Positions 24,550-37,057 of a DNA stretch of 64,000 nucleotides are shown here, in pieces. Every line of letters begins with the position of its first letter. The first letter of the stretch is position 1. A program made the translations under genes and the position numbers. The stretch comes from Balamuthia mandrillaris (taxonomy: Eukaryota), in the NCBI GenBank assembly GCA_031835245.2, contig JAVKOQ020000072.1, forward strand, positions 62,001 to 126,000. The letters run 5' to 3'. Below the pieces are notes generated by a model. The model worked only from the letters and a program-made list of their open reading frames with translations, was not told the DNA's origin and did no database searches.

Positions 24550-27500
24550 ATGGAGGAAGAGACAGCGCCAGAAGTGACCACCACTCAACCCATGGACGAA
24601 GAACAGAAGGTCGAAGAGAGCCCCTCGACCGACGAGACTAGCGCCGGTGCTCCCCCTTCCGAGGAGAGCTCCGCTCCCGGGTCCCCCTCTAGCGGAGGCG
24701 ATGGAGGACGAGGCGGAAGAGGCGGCAGAGGTGGAAGGGGTGGAGGAAGAGGAGGCATCGCTGCCTTGCAAGCCTCTCTCGCTAACCAACGCGGTGGTCT
24801 CGGCCCCTTTGGCATGCCTCCCGGCGGTGGCTCTGGTTTCGTCCCCGGTCGAGGCGGTCGTGGAGGGGAAGGAGGAAGAGGAGGAAGAGGAGGAAGAGGA
24901 GGAAGAGGAGGAACGAACGTGAGCGACATTCGAGGCAAGTTGAACATTCCGTTGGGTGGACTGATGGGCGGTCCTCCTCCCTCCTTGAGAAAATTGAAAC
25001 AGCAAAAGGAGGAGGGTGATGAAAATGAGGTTAGAGGAGAGGGGAATGAAGGAGAAGAGGAGCCTCACGTCGGACAAAAGCGACGGCAAAGAGACGAAGG
25101 TTTGTCTCCTTTCCCTTTCTTTATTATTTTTGCAGTCAGCTTTTACTATCTTGTTCCTTGCTTGTCATTTTCTTTAATCTAACCAAAATGCACGGCAATA
25201 AACACAACAGCGACTTCACCACGGGGCAGCACTTTATACCATCCACAAAAGACCAAACCAAAGAGCAAGAATAAACGCTCTCCAAGCCAATACCCAGTGC
25301 CCAATCCCAATCCCTCCCAAATTATGACTTCCTTTGAGGTGGACTATCAGCGTGAGGCGCAGCTCTTGGCGGAGGAGGAGGAAGCTCTCACGAAGAACCC
25401 GGAGGAGATGAGCGTGAAAGATCTTTTGGCCGCGAGGAGAAGGAAGAAGAGAGAAGAGAAGCACAACGCCGGGTCTGCCAACAACAACGAAGCTCCTTCT
25501 GTTGTCATTACAGCTACGGATGGCGAAGAAGGAAAAGGAAAAGAGAAGGAAGCAGAAGAAGAACAAGAAGAACAAGAAGAACAAGAACAAGAACAAGAAC
25601 AAGAACAAGAACAAGAACAAGAACAAGAACAAGAACAAGAACAAGAACAAGAACAAGAACAAGAACAAGAACAAGAACAAGAACAAGAACAAGAACAAGA
25701 ACAAGAAGGAGAGAAAGAAAAAGAGGAGACGATGCAACTTCAAAACGGAGAGAACGAAGAGGCACCAGCTCCCATCCAAACAGATGGTGGTGATAGTGAT
25801 GGTGTGCCTGAGGAAGATAGCAATGTTGTAAAAGAAGACGAAGAAGAACAGAGCAAGCTTAACGCGGAGAAAGAAGAGCAGGAAAGAAAGGAGAAGGAAG
25901 AGCAGGAAAGACAGGAGCGTGAGGAACAAGAGAGAAAAGAACAGGAAGAACGCGAACGTCTAGAACGGGAAGAACAAGAGAGAAAGGAAAAGGAAGAGCA
26001 AGAGAGATTGGCCAAAGAAGAACAGGAAAGAAAGGAGCAGGAAGAACGCGAACGATTGGAACGTGAAGAGCAGGAGAGAAAGGAGAAGGAAGAGCGCGAA
26101 CGCCTCGAGCGCGAAGAACAGGAGAGAAAGGAGAAGGAGGAACAAGAGAGATTGGCCAGAGAAGAACAGGAAAGAAAGGAACAGGAAGAGCGCGAACGCT
26201 TGGAACGTGAAGAGCAGGAAAGAAAAGAAAGAGAAGAACAAGAGAGAAAGGAGCAAGAAGAGCGCGAGCGATTGGAACGGGAAGAGCAGGAAAGAAAGGA
26301 ACGAGAGGAACAGGAAAGATTGGCCAAAGAAGAGCAGGAAAGAAAGGAGAGAGAGGAACGTGAAGAACAAGAGAGAAAGGAGCAAGAAGAGCGCGAACGC
26401 CTCGAGCGTGAAGAGCAGGAAAGGAAGGAGAGGGAGGAACAGGAGAGATTGGCCAGAGAAGAACAGGAAAGAAAGGAACAGGAAGAGCGCGAACGTCTCG
26501 AGCGTGAAGAACAGGAAAGAAAGGAGAGGGAAGAGCAAGAAAGATTGGAAAGAGAAGAACAGGAAAGATTGGCCATGGAGGAACAGGAGAGGAAGGAAAG
26601 GGAGGAGCAAGAACGATTGGCCAGGGAAGAACAAGAGAGGAAGGAAAGAGAAGAACAGGAAAGAAAGGAAAAAGAGGAACGCGAACGTCAAGAACGCGAA
26701 GAACAAGAGAGAAAGGAGCAAGAAGAGCGCGAACGCTTGGAACGTGAAGAGCAGGAAAGAAAAGAAAGAGAAGAACAAGAGAGAAAGGAGCAAGAAGAGC
26801 GCGAACGACTGGAACGGGAAGAACAAGAGAGGAAGGAACGAGAGGAGCAGGAAAGATTGGCCAAGGAGGAGCAGGAGAGGAAGGAAAGAGAGGAACGCGA
26901 ACGATTGGAAAGAGAAGAACAGGAGAGAAAGGAAAGGGAGGAACAGGAAAGAAAGGAAAAAGAGGAACGCGAACGTCAAGAACGCGAAGAACAAGAGAGA
27001 AAGGAAAGGGAGGAACGCGAAAGATTGGAACGAGAGGAACAGGAGAGGAAAGAAAAGGAGGAACAAGAGAGGAAGGAGAGAGAAGAGCAGGAGAGAAAGG
27101 AGCAAGCAGAGCGCGAACGTCAAGAACGCGAAGAACAGGAGAGAAAGGAGAGGGAGGAACAGGAAAGATTAGCCAAAGAAGAGCAGGAACGAAAGGAACA
27201 GGAAGAGCGCGAGCGATTGGAAAAGGAGAGGGAAGAGCAAGAAAGATTGGCCAAAGAAGAACAGGAACGAAAGGAAAGAGAAGAACGCGAACGTCAGGAG
27301 CGAGAGGAACAGGAAAAGAAGGAAAAGGAAGAGCAGGAAAGATTGGCCAGGGAGGAGCAGGAAAGGAAGGAAAGAGAACGCTTGGAACGCGAAGAACAAG
27401 AAAGGAAGGAAAGAGAAGAGCAAGAAAGACTGGAGCGCGAACGGCTGGTTAAGGAGCGCGAAGAACAAGAACGTCAAGAAAGGGAAGAGCAGGAAAGAAG

Positions 27501-27852
27501 GGCAAGAGAAGAGCGCGAACGTTTAGAACGCGAAGAGATGGAAAGACGGGAAAGAGAGGAACAAGCAAGAGAGGAACAGGCAAGAAGGGAACGAGAGGAA
27601 AGGCTCGCAAGAGAAGAAGAAGCACGCAAAGCACAGGAAGCCTCTCCTTCTCAAGTGCGACGCGCGGGTGGTGCCGCCATTCCAGCTGGAGGAGAAGGCG
27701 TTCCGGATGAAGTGGTCGTGCCGGTGAAGAACAAGAGCCCCGTGCCTCCGAGAAGGAAGATGGAAAACTTCCCCGATGAAGCCGCCTCCTCCTCTTCCTT
27801 GGCTGTCTCGGAAGGTGGCGCTGGTGTCTGCCCCGCTTGTGTTCTGTTCTAA
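24550..27852 (+). CDS. RGG-rich, CapZIP/CPI-like protein with very long E/R/K repeat rod and C-terminal CaaX-like motif
   Basis: Exon 1 24550..25099, intron to 25210, exon 2 open to 27852. LNIPLGGLMGG...LYHPQKTKPKSKNKRSPS, (EQ)n, about 580 aa of EEQERK/EERERLER units, ends CPACVLF. Confidence 0.75.
25575..25707 (+). repeat. Coding (GAACAA)n microsatellite encoding (EQ)n
   Basis: Directly visible. Confidence 0.95.
25870..27620 (+). repeat. Coding minisatellite of about 24-bp units encoding 8-residue E/R/K/Q repeats
   Basis: Recurrent GAAGAACAGGAAAGAAAG and GAGCGCGAACG units. Confidence 0.9.
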
Positions 27853-27971
27853 GTTATTCTTTTGTTTTCTTTAAGTTATTTTTATTAATAAAAAAAACAT
27901 CTTTTTTGTTTTGAATAATGAACAAAAAAGAAACAACACAACGTGGTTGAAAGGAAAGGAAAGAAAGGGAT

Positions 27972-30900
27972 TCAAGTGTTTTTCTTGCTTTTGCTCTTCT
28001 TGCGACCACTCCCGCTGTCGTGGGACAACGACGCTTCGTTGCTGCGGGGGAGAAGGCTGGTTGGCCGTGTCCCTGCTTGGGCTGTTGCTTGTTGGCTGAA
28101 TGCCAATTCCAAGTCCCACACCTTTGTTGTTGCTAAACTTAACAGGAGAGAAGCAGAGAAGCAGAGAAGAGAACGAAAAAAACGCTGATAGGCGAGAAGA
28201 GCGAAGAGAAGAATGAAAAGAAGCAAACCTGCAAAGAACCATTTTCGTGGCCAGAGATGAAAAAGTTACGAAGATGAGGGGCACCTTTGGCGGATGCCGT
28301 CTCCTGCTGCGACACAATGCAAAACGTGGTAAATGGGGAGCGATCCAATGGCTTGATCGTGCAGATGCACCCGCAGTCATCGTACAGAGTCATCGTCCTC
28401 TCGAAGCTGTCGCAGAGAATGCAGAGGTGAGCCTCCACCTTGCTGCTGCCTTCGTTGTTGGCCTCCGCGCCGTCCTCCCCCGTGTTGCTCTCCAGGTTGC
28501 GCTCCAGCGAGACCATCTGCGTGAGCGGCCACTCATCGCTGCTGCTGTAGATGGTCGTGTCCAAGATGTAGCTGTTGCAGCCAAAGCAGCCGATGCAGGA
28601 GACGTGTGGTTGGGGGAGGTCCACATAGAGATAACGCCAAGTGCGGATGGTGCCCCCTTCGGAGACGCTGGAGAAGATGAGGCCGCCATTGGGGCGGTGG
28701 CTCTCGCTGATCATCACTTGCGCGATGGACTGGCTCGGGTGACCTACGGTGCTGTATACTAGCTTGAAGTATTTGGTGTTGACTACCTTGGAGCATAGCC
28801 GTACAGTTCCACTGTTATTTGTTCGAAGGTACATTAGGTTACAACAGGAGAGAGAGAGAGAGAGAAGAGAAGAGAAACCGAAAAAAGAAAGGGAAGACAA
28901 AAAAATGAGCATCAAGCGACAAAGTAAGAATAAAGGGAAAACGCACTTGTAGGTGCCATAAGTCAACAATACGTTAGAGCCTTGGCGATCGGTAAAGACA
29001 ACGCAGCTAAGACAAGTGATGATGTCCCCATCCGGATCTCGCCAAGTTTCCGTCACCTTCCACTCCCAATGGGTGTGAGAGTCAAAGTGTTGCGCCAGCT
29101 CACAAACCGTGCCATCATCAAATGCCAAAAAGCTGAACGGATCAACCACAGCAACGCAAGTCACGCGTTCTTGTTTGTGTTCGTCCGCAAAAGCGGAAGA
29201 AGAACTAGAAGAAGAAAAGGAGGATGAAGGAGCAGAGGAAGAAGGAGGAGGATGCAGAGAGGCAACTGAGCTATAAGCAGAGGAAGAAGGAGGCACAGTT
29301 CTTGCTCCACTGACAGAAGAAGAAGAGGAGTCGCTAGCATTGGTTGTGTCATTACCTGGTGTTTGACGAGGAGAGAGGTAACCGCCGCCACGCGGAGAAG
29401 TCATGCTGCGAGGCTTTACACGAGGTGCCGGTGCCGACATGTATGTTATCTGGTGTGTGTGTGTGTGTGTTTTGAATGGAATAGAAGATGAGAAACAGGG
29501 AGAGAAAGGAGAAACCAGAATGGACAAATATACCTTAGCACGTTCAGGAGGTTCACGAAGGTCAAAGATACAAATGCGGTTGTTGGAGGAAATAGCCACC
29601 AAATAACAATTGTTGACCATAAAGTTAACGTTGATGATATCCACCAAATCCAAGCGAATGACATCCCACTTGACCCCATTCTTGATATGCAGCTGGTCCC
29701 AAACGCAAATGCTAGAAGTGTCCTTGGAGAATGCAGCCAGGTAGATGTTGGTGTACTGTCCGGTGGTCGTCATGGTGGCACTCATGATTAGTCCGTCCAC
29801 GGAGGGGAGACATTGAGGCCCGCTCATGAAGAGGTTGCGCCAGCAGTAGGCCATGTTGACGTACTTCCAACAGGCGATGCTGCCGTCCTCGTAGGCTGCG
29901 CATAACAAGTTGAACTTAGATCTTATGTGAGTAACCTTGATGCGAGGCGGAGGCGTTGGTAGGTATAAGAACGAGGTTGAGTTGTTGGTCTCATTTGGAG
30001 TAGAAGAGAAGATGGAGGAGGAGAGAAGAGAGGAAGAAGGAAAATATTGAGAAGGTGGATAGAGACGAGAGAGCGAACTGCGAGAGCGAGTGAAGAAGCG
30101 ACGACGAGAGGAAGATGCATTGGAAGAAGAGGAAGTGCTGATGGAGAGATTGGGAAAGCCAGAAGTAGATGAAGGAGAGGAGCCAGACCCAGAATAAGCA
30201 CCAGAAGCAGCACCAAACCCAAAACCATCGTGTTGCTCTCCAGCAGAGTAAATGCTGAGATAGGCGCTCATTCGCTCTCTTCGTTCTTGTTTGAAGACGT
30301 CGGGACGAGGCAAACGGGTCATGTAGAAGCGATCCCCATCGTGTGTCAACGATGCGCTTACTTCCTCTGTCAGTGATAGCATACCGTAATATTCCATCTC
30401 GCAGAGTACTGCCTCCCATGATATCCCTTCAGGTACCTTTTGGGTTTTGCTATTTATCACAGAGAACGTGAAGAAGAAAGAGAAGGTGCTTAGAAATAAA
30501 ACATAGCAAACAAACCTTAAGATGTCCAGTACGCAAAAAAGCAAGAATACAAGCAAAGCACGTCCCATCTCTATCGATAAAGTAAGCCCCCTCCTCATCC
30601 AACATCGGGCTAAATTTATCTCCCAGCAAGATGCTAAAGTACGTGTTTGGTACTTTCAAGAGAGTGGAGCGCGTGGTCACGAAACGATGCCCACCGATGT
30701 TCAGCTTCACTATGCTATCCTGGATGATAGAAGTGGGTCGCGAATGATGCTGATACGAATGTTGAGAAGATGAGGCAGATGAAGGAGATGGTTGTCTCTC
30801 CTGCGGAGCAAGTGTTCGGTTGGTGTTGGATGGTTGTAATAGTTTCTTCAAGTCTCGCTCTTGCTTGTTCTTCTGCTCTTCGGAGGATGGCTGCTGTTGT

Positions 30901-31859
30901 TGAGAGCGTGGAGAGAGGTCCGCATCCCCATGGTAATAAGAGTAATGGTCACCATTCCCATAACCTTCTTCTTGCTCATAAGAATGATGACGAGGATGCC
31001 ATGCAGCGAAGTTATGCTCGTCGTCTTCGTGTTCCTCTGCATAAAGCTCCTCGCCGGTGTTGTTGTCCTCGTCTGGGTAGTTGGTGTAACGCAAATAGGG
31101 GGTCGTTGGCATCGCCATATGCTGCGTCTCGTCCCGCTGTTTTTCCTTCTCCTTGTCTCTCTCTGGAGAGGTATTTGGAGAGGAAGAAGAGACAGAAGAA
31201 GAAAAAGCAGAGGTTGTTGTTGTCGCTCTGCCTTTTGTCGAGGAAGAAGACGTCGAAGAAGAAGAAGAAGAAGAAGAAGAAGAAAACGTGGAAGAACGTG
31301 GAGCATTGGTTGTTGAATGAGGAGAGAACAACAAGTAGGTCGTGGAAGAAGAAGAAGACTCATCAGCGCACGGCAAAGGCAACGGCGGAGGTATCTTCTT
31401 TCCTCTCGGCGTTATGGAGGGCTGTTGTTGTTGCTGTGAAGCGTTTTGACTGTTGGTAACGGAAGAGGAGAACGTATGGGACCGTTGTTGTTGCGAGGTA
31501 GCAGCAGCAGGAGAAGAAGACACAGGAGGAGAAGTGCGTTGTTTCACAGGAGGAGGCGCTTGACGAGAACCGTTTGGCTTTGTTGAGTCTCTTTTTATCA
31601 CTATCATGCTTTTGCTGCTGCTAGTAGAAGAAGAAGAACCGCTTTTAGAAGGAGGAGGAAAAGAGAGAGAAGGAAGAGGGTCTTCCTCCTCGGCCTCTCG
31701 CTCCGCCTGCTGCTCCTCCTCGCCTCCTTCGCCCTGTTGTTCCTCTTGGCAGTCCTTTTTCTTGCGCCGCTGGTCTGAAGAGAGCTCTACTCGTTCAGCT
31801 GGCGGCGGTTGACCCAACGAAGGAGCGCTTTGGCCCGCGCTGATGCCCAAGCGTGACAT
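27972..31859 (-). CDS. BTB/POZ (KCTD-type) plus WD40-like protein, KCTD3/SHKBP1-like
   Basis: IVKLNIGGHRFVTTRSTL...AYFIDRDG...ILAFLRTG BTB domain; spliced terminal SGHENGSLQ|VWDL matches SHKBP1/KCTD3 'GHxNGSxQxWDL'. Confidence 0.82.
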
Positions 31860-32450
31860 TTGTTTGGAACTAATGAGGATGGAAGCACCCACCCACCCCC
31901 AAAAAAAATGTATTTAAAACCTCTCGCTCTCTTTGATTGATGGCGAAAGGACAAATAAGACCTGACAAATAAAGAGGAGAAAGAGAGAGAGAGAGAGAGA
32001 GAGGGAACGTACGTGCACGGCCAACAGGGAGCTTATTGTTGGTTCGCTTCTTCTTCTTCTGCCTCTTCTTCTTTTCTTTTTCGTTCTTTGTTACTATTAT
32101 TAAATGTCGACGATAAAAGTAAATATTGTCCACAAAATATCTATTTTCAGAAAATAATTTAAGATTATCGCCAGTTTCGTTACGATTATTGTTTCCATCT
32201 AAAAAAAAATTCAAACAAAAGAAAAAAAAAAGTTGATTGAAGGGAGAGAGAGAGAAGGGAGAGCGCTTCACGTAAAAAAAAAAAAAATCAATCAATTGGA
32301 TTAAATCAATCCCATCCCATCCCATCCCATCCGTGCCACAAAAGAAGAAAGAGGGAGGGATTTTTTTTTTTAAAAAAAAGGACACTCGGTTCACTCGTTT
32401 CATCTTCTCTTCTTTTGCCTTTTTTTTTAAAAAAAAACAAAAATAAAAAA

Positions 32451-32608
32451 ATGAACGCAAGAAGAAGAAGAGGGGAAAATGGAGGACGATCGTCGGAAGC
32501 AGCGGAGGAAGATTTTGAGCGTGGCGAAGGAGACGTCCTGAGACCCAGTGAGATTGCGGACACCCACAACGACGAAACCTTTGGAGAACACACAAGTAAC
32601 ATCTCTCT

Positions 32609-32655
<47 letters not shown>

Positions 32656-35600
32656 TCTCTCTTCCTCTCTCCTCTTGTTGTGCGTTTGCTTCTCTTTTCT
32701 CTGCTTCTATGCTTCTCTGCTTCTGCTTTTCTCTCTTCTCCCTCTCACGCTCTTTTCACTCGCTCGGCTTTTTCTCCCCCTCTCGTCTCTCGTCTTCTCA
32801 CATCTCTTATTTTCGCCTCTCGCCTTTCTCTCTCTTCCCTCTTTTCCTCTCTTCTTCCCTGTTTCTACTTCTCTTCTTGCCTCGTTCTTCTGCTTGTTGT
32901 TCTCGTTCTCGTTCTTTTTGTTTCTTCTTCTTTTGTGTTCTTTTGTGTTCTTCTGTGTTCTTCTTGTTCTTCTTGTTCTTCTTCTCCTTCTTCTCCTTCT
33001 TCTCCTTCTCCTTCTCCTTCTCCTTCTCCTTCTCCTTCTCCTTCTCCTTCTCCTTCTCCTTCTCCTTCTTCTCATTGCATTCTTTGTTTTAAAAAAAACC
33101 TAGCAGATGATTGGGAAGGAAACGAAAGAGGAGAAGGTGGCAGCGGTGGCTTCTTTGGCTTCGATACCAGCCTTCCCCCCGGCAAACACCTCCAACCGGT
33201 GGCCTCCGCCTGGTTGGGGGAGGGCCTCGAGGTGGAGGGTCTCAACGATGAGCTTGGCGGGTTGGAGGATGAGGACCAGGAGGTAGGGGGGGAGAGGGCG
33301 CCATTGGTCGATGAGGACCCGTTGGTACCTCCTGGACAGGAGGAAGAGGAGGAAGCGAACGAAAGATTTGAGGGAGAGAATGGCGAAGCGTATCATATGG
33401 GGGTTTGTTTTCTCTCTCTCTCTCTATTTTTCTTCCTTTTGTTCTCGCTTATTAATACTTTCGATAAAAAGGACCAACAAAGCCTGGAGTCTAGATTTGT
33501 GACGATGATGTTAGGAGCCCAACAGCAACGTTCCAATGGAGGCAACAAAATGCCACCAGGCTTCTTTTCTGGGGACATGAGCTTTGGTCAAACTGGCCGC
33601 AGCAGTGTCATGCCTCCATCCTCCTCTTCGTCGCCTTACCGAGGAGGAGGAACAGCAGCTTCTCCTTTGCATCATCAACAGCAACATCCTGAATATGGTG
33701 TCATTGGACAGATTCCTTCCGCTGCTGCGCGTAATGACCATCACTCCTCGTTTTCATTTGGAGGACCCACCGCATCCTCCATGTCCAGTCTCTTTCAGCA
33801 AATGGCCTCGCCTCCTCCTTCACATGTAATGATGCAAAAGTCGCCAACGACAAGGGAGGTGAAGGGAATGGTCTCCTTGGAGGATTTAGAAGCCTCTCTT
33901 GCCCAAGGAGGAGAACAAGTCCACGTGCGCACTTCCTCTCGTTTGCCACCAGCACAACCATCTCATTCTCACCATCATAATCATCCATCAAGACATCAAC
34001 CACAACAACAACTCGATCCGATTTCAGCTTTGCTTAGAATGGGCGTTCAACAACCACCACAACGAGGAGGAGATGCTCATTATTCGCCATATCAACAACA
34101 CCAACAATCGCTTCCTCCTGATTATCACCACCAACAACAGCGGCAACAACGTTTGTTGGCGGCACAACAGCAAGAGCAACAACAACAACAGCTGATAGCA
34201 CAATACCTGCAACAGTATCAATACGCACAAAAGCAGCAGCAACAGCACCAACCAATTCATCAAGGTGCAGGAAGCCCTGCACCCGCAATGATGTACCAAC
34301 ACCAACGAGAAGATAGCAGCCCTCCCATTCCTTCCTTTTCGGGCTCCCCTGCTTCACCGTCTTCAACTTCTTCCTTTGCTACTCCCTCTTCTCCTACCTC
34401 CTCTTCCTCTGAGCAATCATTCCAGCCTTACTTTGTGAGACAAAAGTTCGTGGGACGAACGGACATGATGTCCAATTATGACATCAACACCGTGCTTCGC
34501 CTTCATTCCTCCCAGCTCCAAACCGCCACTCCCTTCCTGGACGACTATTACTATCAGGCCTGGCTCATCCACAAGCAATCCAAAGCTCATTACCAACGAC
34601 TATTGGCACAACAACAAAACAAAGCTGGAAATGAGCACGCAGCTTCCACTCCCCAGCTTCGTATTCCTGCTCATACTGCACTTTGCGAGACTCCGCCTCG
34701 CCCTCCAAGAAAGAAAAACCCTATTGGTTCGTGCCTTTCTTGCTTTGCTCCTCTTTGGTCATAATATTCTCATCATCTTTTGTGCTTTGTGTCATATTTA
34801 TGATATCAGATCCGTTCAAGGATTGTTTGGGAAGAATTCCAAGCCACTCGGTGAGAGCTCCTCGTCAGTTGGTTGAGCTTGATTCCAACATTCCGCTTAG
34901 TTATTACTCGCAAGGTTACTTCCTTCTTTCTTGTTCTCTCTTCACTTGGCCTTCTCACTTATTTATTTGCAGAAAATGGAGAGCATAAACGAAGAGAAGA
35001 AGAAGGCGAAGAAGAACAAGGCATGCGTCGTTACAGCCTCCCCCTTCGTGCTGAAGAGGGCTTCAACATTTTATTGGACATTGAGGATGTCGACCTGTTG
35101 CTCTCCTCCTCTGCCACAACGCAGGACCCTCAATCCAGCACTCGCCTGCTGCAAAAACGACGTCTCTTGGTGGAAGAGCTCTTTCGCCTTTTGCGCGTCT
35201 GCACTACTTCTCCAGAACAGGTCCTGCCTGCTCCTCGTATTGCCAACAACAGCTCTGGCACAAAGTCTCGCTCTTCTCCAGCGAACAAAGAGGACGACTC
35301 TGCAAGTGATGAGGAGGATGAAAGTAGCGAAGAAGAGGAAGAAGAGGAAGAAGAGGAAGAAGAGATTGCTTTCAACATATTGTATGTAGTTCTCTGTGTT
35401 TTGTTTCTTTTCGTTTCTGTTGCATTCGTGCCACTCCTTCCTTTTTCTCGTTTGATCTTTTCTAACACTTTCTTTTTATTTTTTACAGAGAGGAAGACAA
35501 GGCATTTATGCAATTTTTAAGATTGGCCAAAGGAAGCAAGTTGGTGGCCCGAGCTCTTCCTCTGTTGTTGCAACACCACGTCTACTTCATCCTTATTGCT

Positions 35601-36677
35601 TACATCCGCAACTTACATGCCATCGTCACAACTCCCAAAACCAAAGAGGTAAACTCGCTTTGTTCCTTTCGTTCTTTTCGTTCTTGCTTCTCTCTCTTTC
35701 TCTCTCTCTCTTGAAATGCTAAACAAACAACATTTTAAAAAAAACAAATAGGAAATACAAGCTTGCTCTCAACTAAGTTTTGTGGTGGTGAGAGCCATCA
35801 ACAGCTTTTTGTTGTCTCCCCTCATCGCTTGTCTCCAAACTTTCCTCATTCACTCCCAAGTGGAGGCCATCAAAACAAAGGTTTTCTTTCTTTCTTTCTT
35901 TTTCCACTTCCTCCCTTTCTTCCTTCTTTCCATTTCATCCTCCATCCTCGTCTTACTTATTGGGACATATTTGAAAATAATAGAACGGCGTGTTAGTATT
36001 AAAAGCATTGTTCACACGAGCTCATCAACTCTTGTCACAACTGAAGAGACTTCCTCCTCAACAACAAGCTGAATACACCGAACTAAAACAATGGTTCTTT
36101 TTTTTCTCCTCTCCCCTTCTCTTTCTTCCTTTTTTTTCTTAAACCTTTCTTCTCTTGTTTTTGTTATAACAAGGGACGAAGCCTTTGGAAGCTTCATGAA
36201 AGGTTTATCTGGATACTTTTGCGCTCTGCTGCGACTCAGCGCGGAGGAAGAGCAGCAACAAGAAGAGGAGGAAGCGCTGAAGAAGCAAGAACAGTCCTTG
36301 ACAATGGCGGAGCCTTCCACGTCCATTTTTGTCGGGATGGCTCATGTTTGGGACTTTTTGTTGCTGCTAACACTTCTCACCAACAGACATCAAAACGAAC
36401 TTCTCTTCCACGAAATCAAGTAACATTCTTTCTCCTCTGTTTGCTTTTTGTTTCGCTTCCTTTCTTCTGTTTTTATTTATTGATGTTTAACAATATCTCT
36501 ATTTTTTTAACTCTTTGTAGAGAAGTGATAGAGGAATCTTTGGAAGAAGAAGGCCGCCATCATGCCGTCATCCATGCCTTGCTTCAACAACTGGGCAAGG
36601 CCCATCTCTTTGCTCCTTCCGCCACCGCTGGTGCTGCCGCCACCCCTCTTTCTTTCCTGTCATCTCAACCCCACTAG
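32451..36677 (+). CDS. PAT1: Pat1/PATL1 mRNA decapping activator; multi-exon
   Basis: N-terminal NDETFG; MMSNYDINTVLRLHSSQL....PFLDDYYYQ; LGRIPSHSVRAPRQLV; FLRLAKGSKLVARALPLL. Confidence 0.88.
32983..33068 (+). repeat. (TCTCCT)n microsatellite in PAT1 intron 1
   Basis: Directly visible. Confidence 0.95.
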
Positions 36678-37057
36678 ACAACAACAATACAGAACAAACC
36701 CACCCACCCCTTTTTGATTTTTTAAAAACACCAAAAGACTTCCGCGCTGTTTCCTTCTATTCTCTCGCTGCTCTCTCTCCTCTCTCTTCTCTCTCTCTCT
36801 CCTATCTCCGATCTGCTCTCCTCTCCTTGCTTCTAACCTAGCTCCTAGAATTCCTCCAACATAATAGTAATATTCCATCATAGTTTCTACTTATAAAATT
36901 ATAATATGATATTTATCTCATCATATTACGTTGTGAATACCATCAATCATAATATGATTTACATCCACTTGCATAATATGAACTGTTGAACACGATATAT
37001 ATTAGGTTGACTGCGCGTGCTAGGGAGGAGAAGAAAAAAAGAAAAAAGGGGGAGAAG

